Of a DNA stretch of 64,000 bases, positions 52,170 to 64,000 are shown piece after piece. Source of the DNA: Octopus sinensis (taxonomy: Eukaryota); contig NC_043004.1 in NCBI RefSeq assembly GCF_006345805.1, forward strand, positions 19,716,001 through 19,780,000. Direction: 5' to 3'. Every line of letters starts with the position of its first letter. Position 1 is the stretch's first letter. The position numbers and the translations under genes were made by a program. Under the pieces are notes generated by a model that saw only the letters and a program-made list of their open reading frames with translations, was not told the origin of the DNA and made no database searches.

Positions 52170-52620
52170 TTCACAGGTTACATCGTATACAAATCATAAA
52201 AATTTGTAGGTCCGACCTGGTGATAAAGCCATAATCTTAAAGAGGAGGCCTTTCCATGAAGGTTGGATAGCTTTCACCCTATCATAGGACTGGTATTTCT
52301 CCTAATTGTCTTTTCCTTTTTCGTCAAATCTTATTCAATGATTTCTATGTATAATGTTTAGGGAAGCTGCAATATATGATATTACTCGCTGCTAGATCAT
52401 TGGTGATCTTTTATCCAGTGAGATTTTAGCTGATTCTGCGTGTTGAAGGAGGTTTTCTGGATTGAAAGCTGCTTGCTGAATGAGCATGTGAAGGAACCCG
52501 AATTCATGTGTTTGGGAAGCAATTTCTTATTATACAGCCTTCAACACAGCTCTCAGCTGATCCAAAGTGCCTGTAGTTTTCATGTCTAATGGATTGATCT
52601 TTCTGATTTACATCGCTCAT
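52170..52620 (-). mobile_element. Possible R2/NeSL-like LINE remnant
   Basis: SWKGLL...KFL*FVYDV resembles the FLIRSVYDVLP motif before the zinc knuckle. Highly decayed. Confidence 0.35.
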
Positions 52621-52709
52621 TCTTGATCCCTTTCAAGCGATATTTTAGGAAATCATAGACTTTTAAATGTATGATTATTATAGATGTAGGAATGACTATA
52701 TAATAAGAC

Positions 52710-52845
52710 TTTTGCTCCCAATCACCTGGTTTCGGGTTCATTCCTACGGCATGGAACAATGGGGAAGTGTCTTCTACTTTGGCTCCGGTCCGACCATAGC
52801 CTAGTGAGTGGATTTGCTACGGAAATTGAAAAACGCCCGTCATAT
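52710..52845 (+). mobile_element. SINE family 2
   Basis: GGTTTCGGGTTCATTCC...GGGAAGTGTCTTCTACT...GAGTGGATTTG...CCCGTC followed by (TA)n. Confidence 0.7.
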
Positions 52846-52962
52846 ATACGTATATATATACATATATATATATACATATATATATATACATACATATATA
52901 TATATATATACATATATAAAAGAGGATTTGAAAATGAAGAGGTCTCTTAAATATGTTTATTG

Positions 52963-53004
52963 ACTTGACCGGTTTCACTTTTTTACAAAAAGATTATCAA
53001 AAGT
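52963..53004 (-). ncRNA. Candidate minimal hammerhead with U3:A8 core
   Basis: Minus strand ACTT-TTGATAA-T-CTTTTT gta AAAAAG-T-GAA-ACCGGT-C-AAGT, followed by AATAAA and a TA repeat. Confidence 0.45.
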
Positions 53005-53630
53005 AAAATTTAAAGCTTTGTGTAACCTTTGTTGTGTTACAAAATGGTTATCATAGTTGTATTGAAATTCAGTTATTCAGTCTTTGATAATAAAGAGAAA
53101 ATGTTAAGAAATAGAATCTTTGACAATGATAAGAAAATGTTAAGGGGGACTTTTTTGTTTAAACAGTTTACATGTAAGTGTTCAAAATAGGTAGTCAAAT
53201 AATTTTATAATAATTTTTTTTCAAGGCTTGAGCACCAATTGAAAAATTGAAATTTGATTGCAAAGAATTCAAAATTGATTGCAAAAATTTCAAATTTGAT
53301 GGCAAAGAATCCAAACTAGATCGAAAACATCTATATATTTGACAGCATTGACAGATACGCACCAATGATGTAAGATTCATATATTTCATGTAACCACTTA
53401 TAGGTAACTACGTGTCAAAAGAAGGAGCTACATAAACTGCAGAAATAAAACTGAAGGCTTCAACAATCGGTCAATGTTTTACTTAAATTTCTCTTTCTTC
53501 ATCTCAAGCAAAAGTCAGCTTCATCAAAAACAAAACACAAACAATATATTCCCCAAATTGTATATATAAATTCAATGAATAAATTGAATAATTTCACTCA
53601 CTCATTTTTATATGCTGTGGCTACAAGGCA

Positions 53631-53891
53631 TCACATTGTCAGAGTTACTTGAACGCCGGAAAAAGTGCCATGCAATATTAGTTCTGTATCTGTGTTAGTT
53701 TCAAATCTCACTGCGTAAATTTTTGCCTTTTCGAAAGCACAAACAGCACAATATTTTGCAGAACTGAAAGAACGTGATGTTATATTCCATACTGTATTTA
53801 TTCGGTAAAGATACCTTCTGAATTCCAATCCTGGTATAGTCCTCATGGGCGGTAGAATGTAATTGTTGTCCCAACAAGACCATCTAGCATC
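53631..53891 (-). other. Unexplained open frame, possible terminal exon
   Basis: Open frame DARWSCWDNNYILPPMRTIPGLEFRRYLYRINTVWNITSRSF...GVQVTLTM* in non-repetitive sequence. The acceptor is ambiguous and no family is recognised. Confidence 0.2.
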
Positions 53892-54627
53892 TTTGGTGGA
53901 ATTATAGCATTAGGCTAAACAATACAAGATTATTTGAAAATCGTCATCTGAGTGTGCGAAGGATGAGCACAGAAACATGGTACTTATATATATTTATCCA
54001 TTCTCCTATGTATATCTTTAAGACCAAGAACATATGTATACGCATATATATATGTGTATGTATGTATTGACGTATATATACGTGTATATATATATATATG
54101 TGTGTGTGTGTGCATACGTACAAACGTATGTACTTATGCGTGTATATATGCATGTACCCATACATGCATACATTACAATTGTTGTTCAGAAAATATCTAA
54201 ATATTTAAATATATAAAGATCATAAGGAAGCTAAAACATAGAACAAAAAAAACGTAAAGGTATTTATTGCTGCAAAGCATTTCATTCAGAAATTGTGAAA
54301 AGAAATTATTTGAAGAATAATCTGTTATACATTAATATCTGGTTTATTTTTGTATTTCTTTTCCAAGGCAGGTTTATCAATAAGTGACATTTCAAAGAAA
54401 TCATATCTTGTTGGTGCTTGAAATATAAACTCTGACAGATGTCATAACAAATAGATATATATATGAAGCTATAGTAAAAATTTAAGAGACAGACAAATAG
54501 AAACCTTTTATCGTTGAAGCGAAATTGATTAAATTTGAAATTACTAGAAATTGGTATCAAATCTATTAAAACCTATATTTGCATTCTACTGCTATACTAT
54601 ATTTTATATCGTATTCAACATACCTGT

Positions 54628-54783
<156 letters not shown>

Positions 54784-54935
54784 CGCACACTCGCATACTA
54801 TTCAACACACACACACACACACGCACACACGCGCACACACACACAAATTTTTGTTTAAAGTGAAGGAATACACATAGTATATAGTTGAGTGTATATATTT
54901 GGCTTTACTCGATGATTCCCATTGCTTCTTCTCAG

Positions 54936-55013
54936 AGCTTCCGATTCCTGCCATATCTCTCAGGCATCACGATGATCAAGGGAATATAGCATTACATACA
55001 TTTATCATTCACA
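54936..55013 (+). CDS. Candidate internal exon, phase 1 to 1 (ELPIPAISLRHHDDQGNIALHTFIIH)
   Basis: Acceptor ttgcttcttctcag, donor ACA/gtatgt, 78 nt, only one frame open. Confidence 0.15.
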
Positions 55014-56969
55014 GTATGTGAACTCGCTGAACTCTTTCACAACTTTTATAAAGACCAGTTGTTGCATTTACTGAACTATATCATATCCCTTAGAACATGG
55101 ATTTTATACTTTTTAACAATCCACTCCTCTTGTATGCAACTTTAAAAGAAATAGAATACAGAAGAATTTCTATTGCAATATTGCATGCTCAAAACTTAAG
55201 TGATCAATAATTTCAAAACAAAAATTACATGAAAATTTAAATATTCAACAAGCTTTAAAGAGTACTGTACGTTCAAATTTTGGATAAATTTCAATACATA
55301 GAAATTTCTAAGTTCAATAAGTTATATAATAATAAGTTATGCCAGCAATTAGATATGATGACGATTTAAAAATATACCAACAAATATTGATACGCCCTAT
55401 TGTGTTGTATGAAGTAGGATTGTACATCATATGCTTTACTCGTACGAAATGGAGCCGATATTGTGTTAAATATTTATTTTATGATATGTCATTGTTAATA
55501 GATGTTATGTGCCTTGTTAATATTAACTCATTTCTCGAATAGGAACAGGTATAATCAGATACTTTCTCAATGACTCCGACCAAAATTAGAGACATGTTTT
55601 TATTACTTACCTGAATATTATAATCTGATACTTTAAATTACATAATGATACGGTTTCTTTATTTTATATACTACGTCTCAACATTACATATAAGAACAGT
55701 ATGCATTTCATTATTCATAGAGTATTAATAGAAATCAATAAGAAATAAATAATACAGAATCTATAGTGATCACTGATGATGTTAAGTATGACTGCCCAAA
55801 TGTAAAAAAATGTGAATCTCTGAAATAACAAATAAGCTTTTACCCAACTTTCCCGAGAAAAAATAATGACATTGTAATACTTTTAAATGCATGATTTATT
55901 ATACATTGGCTTTCACTGTCATTTGAAAATCATGTTTGTGGTTAGGAGACTTGTATCATATTTCATTTCAAGAATGTTGAAAGAGAATCAGTTTAGTATT
56001 TCTTTCCCCCGTCTTCGAATTAATTACAGTTTTTGCAGTCATGTTTGAAAAGGGCATTACCAGTGGACATGAGTTTGAATATTCTGTTTATTAAGGGTAA
56101 GAGAGAAAAACAGAGTAACAAGTGTGTTACATTTTCCTTTGTAGTTATCTCCAAAAATGTAAGTTACAAAATGTATGGTACTTAAATGTGTGTTTTATGT
56201 GTTGAGATTAAAAATAAAACAACTGTTTTAAATGTATTTGATTGCAGTGTGACATACTGTAATAAAGACCTATGTAGTCTGTAAAGAGGAAGAATAATAA
56301 TAATAATAATAATAATAAGAAGAAGAAGAAGAAGAAAAAGAAGAAGAGGAAGATGAAGAATATAATGATTATGATGATGATGACGATGATGGTGGTAGCG
56401 ACTGTTATGATGGAGAGCAATATAAAAATAATAATGTATCACTATTCCCTCTATAAACAAAATGAGTTCTATCGCTCAGTTATATTTTGATAGATGCACT
56501 GACTGGCTGGCAACAGGTGAGACAATATACTAATCTATTTTGATATTAACAAGGTACATCTATTTTCGGTTATACATACTTGCATGAACATAAAACCACA
56601 AACAACACACACATATAACCTGTCTGTCGTTTATACACACATATAATGTATAATTGCTAATGAAAATATTTGTTCTTATTGTTGTTTGTCATTAAGCAAT
56701 GCTTTAGTCAAGAGAAACGTTAATGATTATAATACCACAACCTGGTATAATTTAAAACATGGCAGTATTGTCTATATTTATCACAGTGAAAGCGTTCCAC
56801 AATCGTCCAATTAAATTATGCCAGTAAATTCTATTAAACTTTCAAAATGAAATGTATTTCAACAATTAAAATAAATACTGTCTGTATACACTTTATATAT
56901 ATATAAATACATACGTATTGATACATATATTTATATATATATATGCATATACACACACATATATATATA

Positions 56970-57064
<95 letters not shown>

Positions 57065-57439
57065 ATATATATATATATATATTATATATATATATATATG
57101 TATGAATATATTATTTTCAGAAGGAAAATATTTAGTTATATTAGTTATATCAGAGTTTCAAACACATGCGCGCGCGCATACACTCGCCTTCACGTACACA
57201 TACACGCATGCTATCAGCCCACCCGACACACGTATATATATAAATCTGGATGATTATTTGTATAGTATTTCTTTTCCGTTTCGAGAATATATAGCTATTG
57301 ATATATCCTGTACATGTTTTCTATATTTTCTTTCGAAATTATTTCGACACTAATTGCCTATAGCAGCTTCAAATAAACATGGTCAAGTTTTACCTAATTT
57401 GTAATTAAACAATTTTACGAAAAAGGATATAAAATAAAT

Positions 57440-59391
57440 TACATTGTATCTAGATAGTTGCTTTCAGGTAGAAGCGCTTTGATATCTTTTTTGTTTGTAT
57501 CCAAACCTTCCATGCAAACTTTCAGTGAAAATAAATGGCATGCATTGGTGTGAGATGAAAAAGTAGGTTTCTACTTTTCTCGATACCTTATTTCTGATAT
57601 CTTCTTTCCAGAATTCTATTGCAAGCGAGAATTTGTAGATTTTCATTACCTTTAAATCATCCTCTATTTACGGTACTACTGCTCCACAGCAGATGGTTCT
57701 GCAAGGAAAGCTATATCTGACTCCATCGATCATGAATGTAGTTACAAGAAACGTGAAGTAGGATCTGACTTTTACAAGTTCCCAAACATGCTTCGGAAAT
57801 TATGAAACGATTGAAGTAATTTATCTTCATAGACTTCCAATTCGTAACTTTTATTTTATTATCCGGGGATGAATTTACTCTCTTTGTTGAAATAACTGAA
57901 TATCTTTTGACAAGTAAAACTCTTTGAAAAAAGTTACACCCTACTCTGAAGGTTAACATGAATACGAAAAGCATTCAACCGCTTGTTTCTCAATATAAGA
58001 GTTCGTAGATAATTCATTATATTAGTAACATATTTTCCACCCGCTTATCATTTCCCGGTCAATTGATTATAGGATATTCTTTGTTTTTTCACAGGAAATT
58101 GGTTATATTCAAGACGTTGCTGGTTGAAATACCCGATACAATGAAATGCGGACATCACTGGGTTCATGTGCGCGTTTTTCACTGCCGGCACGTTGCCCCA
58201 TTTACGTTTATGAAATTGACAATTTCAATTATAGATTTCAATTCTTCACGGTGGTTGTGATGAATAATGCTATGAAAGCCGTGATCACTTTAATTGAGTG
58301 TAATTAATATTTCAGTTTGTGTCACTATTGTAGTTACTCCATTGGATACAACATAAAGACATTAATTTAGCATTTATTAAATTCTACACGACATTGCAGA
58401 CACCTAGCTAATTTATTTAAGGCATTTCAGCCCAACAGCACTTCTCTTGAAATTACATTACAAGAAAGAAAACGAACAAGTATTGTCAGTTGTGGAGAAT
58501 TCCTCAAAACATTTTGCAGTTTGCCAGCAAAATTAGCACTGGTTTGGGAAATATGCCTTTCAGTAGTATGGTATGTAACTGGCGTTCATGGGATCTACGT
58601 CTGCAACAACTTCAGTTTCATTCTAAACAAATTTGTCCTCAAAAAATGCATGTTTAACACGAGCAATATATCAGTAGTGTGTCTGCTGACTACTTAGTGT
58701 TGATTCAATTTTTTTTTAAATTTGGAGTAATGAGGGTAATTATATATTGTTATAAGTTGTTGGCCTTTTAATCACTAAGTAACACAAAACAAATGATACC
58801 GAAAATTCGCTGTTTTTAAAGATGACTCTAAATGTTTTTCCAGTAATATTTCTATTTTCATCTTCATGCTTTCCTTTCTTTCAATTAGATAACATCATCA
58901 ATGCAGAAAAAATGTTGTATTCCCGCAGTGTATCAGCGAAATTGCACATGGGTATTTGAAGCGAATCAGAGAAGCTTCACATTTCACTGTTTTATATTAA
59001 CTTTCGACTTCTTTCATACAGGTTTTAAAGGTATTTCTTTATGTTTTCAATGTTTCTCACAAATGTTTCAGAAAAAAAGGTAAACGAGAGAGCTAGATAA
59101 ATGACTAGATCAAAGTTATGTATTTATTTTAATCTAATATTATTATTCAGTTTCATCTTGGAAATGTTTAACAAAAAACAAGGAGTAGGGTATTTGATGT
59201 GTGCATCATGATTTTATAAGGACATTTTAAGACCTATCTTATGGCATCTTCAATGTACGTATGTATTTTTATGCATACGAGCAAAACGCCCCCCGTCCGA
59301 TGGACGGTGCTGAGTTGTCAAACACTTAAACCAAATTTTCTCAAAACAACTTGTCCGACCGTCCCATACGCATCCCCTTTGAGAAACACTG
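57440..59391 (-). mobile_element. hAT transposon remnant (Charlie/SPIN/GTF2IRD2-like transposase) with 5' TIR
   Basis: 5' TIR CAGTGTTTCTCAAA (59391->59378) preceded by TTCTAAAT. Decayed motifs in hAT order: FHSIIH, IIEIVNFI, HCI..STSNVL, IMNYLRTL, YFTFLV, IEFWKE. 3' TIR not found. Confidence 0.8.
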
Positions 59392-59467
59392 ATTTAGAAA
59401 AGATCCATTAAGAAATATTTGTTGTGAAAATCCGCATTTAGTCCATTCACTCTTCTGTATTAGATGT

Positions 59468-59560
59468 TTATTGTAATTCCTCAACAACGTTCCAGCGATG
59501 ATCATCTTCATTTGTTGTATCTACATAGTCGTATGAATCGTTGCTGTTTAATTCATGTGG
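59468..59560 (-). CDS. Candidate terminal exon (PHELNSNDSYDYVDTTNEDDHRWNVVEELQ*)
   Basis: Strong acceptor ccattttttctttcaag and a phase-0 frame open to TAA. No compatible upstream exon was found. Confidence 0.15.
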   Translation of the reverse strand, partial: PHELNSNDSYDYVDTTNEDDHRWNVVEELQ

Positions 59561-62500
59561 CTTGAAAGAAAAAATGGCTGCTAGTTCTAGTCTGAAATCA
59601 ACTACATTGAATTTTTATTATATCGCTGTTAATTCGTATTGTATGAAGTGGAAAAAGTAGAGAATTAATCTCATTTAAGGAACATTCGGACGCAAATACG
59701 GCAAATGTTTAAAAAAATTTTGTTTATTTTAACAAGTTATATGTCTTCCCAAGACTTGTAGTTTAGTCTTATAATCTTGAATGGGATAGTAAGGGATGAG
59801 ATCAATGTACATGAGCTTATTTATTACTATAATTTATTATGTCTCATTGTACTAATATCAAATATCATTGCATTCAGTTTTACCATGTGCAAATGTGAAT
59901 TTACGAACAAATGTATTCGAATCAAATACTCATTCCCAAACGTCTGCACACCTTTTAAAAGCGACATACCTAGATATGATTTGGCCACTGGCTTCCACCT
60001 CCATGGATTCTTCCGAGGAATTAGGGTGGTAGAAGCAAGATTTTAGCACTCATCTACAATATTGCAGCTGACTGTGAGAGAGAGGGAGGAAGAGAGAGAA
60101 AGAGAGAGAGAGAAGGTGGTGGTGGTGGTGGTGGTGGTAAAACAAAAACGATCACAGTACTTCATGGTAAATTATTTATTGACTGCGGAATGATAAAATG
60201 TAAACTTGACATCAGTAGGATTTGAACTTAGTAACCTGAGAGCGAGAACAAATACCTCGGAATACTCTGACTCTCTTCCAGATCATGGATATCACGTAAA
60301 TTAAATAAGTAAAATTTATTTCATTTCTTCTTCTTTATCATCATAATTATTACTGCTGTCCCCATCTCTTACTACTGCCGTAACCCTTAGCCTTAATAAA
60401 ATAAACAGTATCACCGCCACCACCAGCCACCACGACCACCATTATCATCATCAACAACAACAACAATAATTACAAAAACGGTGATGTAATCTCGTTTGAA
60501 GACTTACTTCCAGAAGTTATTCTAATTCACTCACCTTTACGTAATCCATAAATATGAGATAAAAGAGTTAATCACATTAAAACGTTAGATTTAATTTTCC
60601 TCAACAATTCATTTAAGAATATTTCTGAAGTTAAGTGCGTGTGTTAATTAAGTCTCCATTATTCTTTCAAAGAAACTTTGAAAATGAAACATTGCACCTG
60701 TGACACTATTTCCAATGAACTTGATAAACAATCAGTTTTCCTTTTTAAAAAAAATTGCATCAGAGAGTCGTTTCAGCCAAAGTTTACTGTTACTCTGCCA
60801 CACAGTTAATAGTCTGTCAGTTGATGCTGGAAAGGCCAAAGTTTCTTTTCTTTAATTCATAATAGGAAAAGCATGATGTCATCATTAAAATTATTTAAGT
60901 GACTACACTGGTCTACTGTGTCTACAAAGTCGTACAGCAAGTATAGCTGCTAAATTTTCAAAAGAAAATTATCTAATTAGCTGGCTGTAAAGTTTCATAT
61001 GGTCTGAGAATATATAGCAAAATATCACTCCAAAATACTCTTCTTGCCACAACACTGTAACGTAGTTATCTAAAGTTGCTAGAAGCTATTTTAATTTACT
61101 GGCTAACTAATGATACGCTAATTCGGTAGTGATTTGATTGAAGGAGGATTTCCGAAAGTCTGAATACTCGCACATTAATTCTTAACTGAATGTTCTTTGT
61201 CCTCCTAATCAACTGACAGAGGAGCTTACATAGAATGATGCGTGGACCTTAACAATATTCAACCTGGTATATATATTGGTAGCGAAATGACTTGAATTCC
61301 TGAACTTATTCGTATCATTTGTACAAAATTACGTGGCTTCGTACTCTGTAATTGGTTAACTTATGGCAGATATAGCTACTTACCTTATTTCACCTTACCA
61401 TTTGTACTGACTGTAAATATTTTATTGCGTCATAATAGATGAAAAGTAAAATAGAATCTGAGTTAATTTGATCTCGTAACTTTTACTTTCTCTTCACATT
61501 CTGTCTTACTAGCACCAGTGGTATTTCTTACACGTTTGCGGCAAAAGAATAAACTTACGATGTTAGACTTTTAAGTGATTAAAATAAATTTTGTTAATTG
61601 TTGGTGGATATAAAATGAGATATTGTGATTATCAAAACTCTAATTTCTTTTCACATGTGAGTTGAACTATATTGATTTCGTACTAGCATTGAACTGCTTT
61701 ATTCCTGTGAAAGAGGTAGAATAGCTACCACTCACAGTTTCAAGTGATTTGATACGATCCATTTCAAGAAAATAAAAGTCACTCTAGTAATGCTGATAAA
61801 ATTCTAGATGATCATATATCATCGCAATATAAGTAACATGACTTCACTAAGTATTCATTACCACTATATTTAGCGTCAATCCATGAATAAAACAGAACAT
61901 ATTTTCTCCGTAAATCTCCAGAATAATCATGTATACTTAATTACATTTCAGTCACAATTTGATTACGATGAATAAAAGGAATCACATCGAGAACATGAAC
62001 ATGATTTTCACTGAATCACTTACTTATTAGAAATATCATGTTGTAAATATGTATGTTATTATTTAGTTTTACTTCAAGATTTCTTGCAAATAGGTAAAGA
62101 GCCGGCTCCTTCATTGGGAATACAACAACAGGGTATTTTTGTATATATGTATATATATGTGCAGATTTGTATATTTTGTTTAATATATGTAATCTCATGT
62201 ATATAGTTGTATATCTAGACATGTTCATATATATAATTAAATGATAAATATCTCGAACGTTTTATGGATTTTACAGCTCCAGTGATGGTGTGGTTCTCTA
62301 CTCTTCGAATCGGCTTTCTCATTTCTGGTTTAGAGAAGCCTAATTTCTCAAGATTGGTATTTAGTCTGCGTGTTACATATCCCAGGCCCCAGTAATTACA
62401 TATATAAACTTGAATTTGTAATATGAATAAAGTAACTGAAAATTTCTCAATAGTGCAATGTAGGAATTTTATTTTTCGTTACTCTTTAGCTTTATGTTAA

Positions 62501-64000
62501 CATCTGCCGGGCAGATAATTTCCATAACTGTACTCAATTTTTCTTCTCTATCCCGAATCATTATATCAGGTCTGTTGTGCTTACATTTTATTGGGATTTT
62601 CACTTGGACATTTCACCAGTAACACTTGTTATAAGTGTCTATGTAAGTATGTATGCATGTATATATGTATGTATGTGTGACTGCATGCATGTCAGTAATT
62701 GTGTGAATTTATGTATGTATATATCTGCGTGTGTGTGCACATATATGTATGTAAGGTGTGTATATGCGAGCGTGTCTGATTTTGCATACCGTTGGAAACC
62801 GGTACTTTGTCTATTTATGCCAAAGGGTAATTTAACGGGTTACTAACTATTTATAGACAAATCTTGTACTGGGAAGGATTTCTCCGTTTAAAATCCTAGA
62901 TGATATAAGTTGACATGGACCCAGTCCAGTGAATGGAGACAGAAAGGTAATTAGAACGGATCTACGTATATATGAATACGATGTGTTGAAAAGAATGGAC
63001 TTACCTAAGTAAAAGAATTTTTAATTTGAAAAAAGGAAAAACTGGAACAAAAATATGGTAATGTAAACTTTGCGAAAAAAGGTTGGGAAAAGACTGAAAA
63101 AATGTATATATGTAGACGTTTTTATGAAAAAGAGAAAACACGTTCTAAATGTAACTACTCGACTTCGGGGGTCAAGTGGGCATCGCGCCTCATTGTATCA
63201 TCTTTTCATAATTCATTTGTTTCTTCTAATTTTGCTTCTCTTAAATTTCTATTTTATAATTTTAGTTCCTCGATTCTATGTTATGTTGCGTTATGTATTG
63301 TCTGTATGTGTTACATATATTTCGATGTACGCCTATAATAAGTAATGTTCGTAGTTTGAACATCAAATCAAGTAAATAAGCTAAATATGTACATTGAAAT
63401 TATAGAAAGTGTTATTTCTTTATAGATTTGGTATTGTCATAGAGATTGACATGTCAATTGACAAACACTGAGATTTATGTAATCTATTTACCTTCTCCCT
63501 CGAAATTACTGGATTTGTGCCAAAATTTTAAATCAATAATTCATACAAATATCACTATTTCAGCCAAAAGATTTACGCTGCAAAGTTTTCTCTAAGTTGG
63601 TGAAGACCTTTATTGTCGAAAAGCTTGTATGGAAAGCGATATAAAAATTCGAATTTGTTATAACTTCTATTGAAACTCACCTAATCGATTCATCTGTGTG
63701 AAACCAATAGAACGTAATGTATGTATACTGGCATGAAAACTACAAGAGGCCTTCAGAAATTTATTTAAACATGAAATAAGACAAAATAAACACCAACGAT
63801 TCATTAGATAATTCTTATTGCAGGTAGCTGATAATGCTATGACAGGATGAATCTGAATAGAAGGCAATCATTTATATATCAAACAATGTATGTTTATGAT
63901 GCCACGATCTCTTTGCAAAAACACTATTTTCCCCCTACACTTTCGTATATACACTGTCGCAGTCATTCTCACTCAATTACTTTTTGTCGTAATTGAGTAT

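Noticed and set aside
58095-58260. Strong plus-strand acceptor and ORF 58063..58260
   Set aside because: It lies antisense within the hAT transposase remnant.
62775-62810. CTGATTT...GAAACCGGTA
   Set aside because: The core misses G8 and A9, there is no stem II, and the context looks like a SINE-type tail.

Overview
AT-rich, microsatellite-dense eukaryotic DNA that looks intronic or intergenic. The SINE and Penelope repertoire resembles coleoid cephalopod (Octopus-type) genomes; that assignment is inference from recalled repeat families, not a database hit. I found no confidently identifiable host gene, rRNA, tRNA gene or CRISPR array, and most listed ORFs are translations of (TA)n, (CA)n or (TATG)n tracts. 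The window is mostly decayed mobile DNA: two Penelope-like RT remnants, several RLE-type (R2/R4/NeSL group) LINE fragments, a 2.5-kb internally deleted Ty3/Gypsy element with both LTRs, three mariner remnants, a hAT transposase remnant, a Chapaev3-like remnant, a short Helitron-like element and many tRNA-headed SINEs. The most unusual signal is a set of short, ORF-less sequences, mostly anchored in TA repeats and some forming long fold-back palindromes. They carry minimal type I hammerhead ribozyme topologies with palindromic stem III and non-canonical cores: a G3:C8 swap, a U3:A8 swap, and U4C in two separate copies. These were folded by eye and need computational and biochemical testing.
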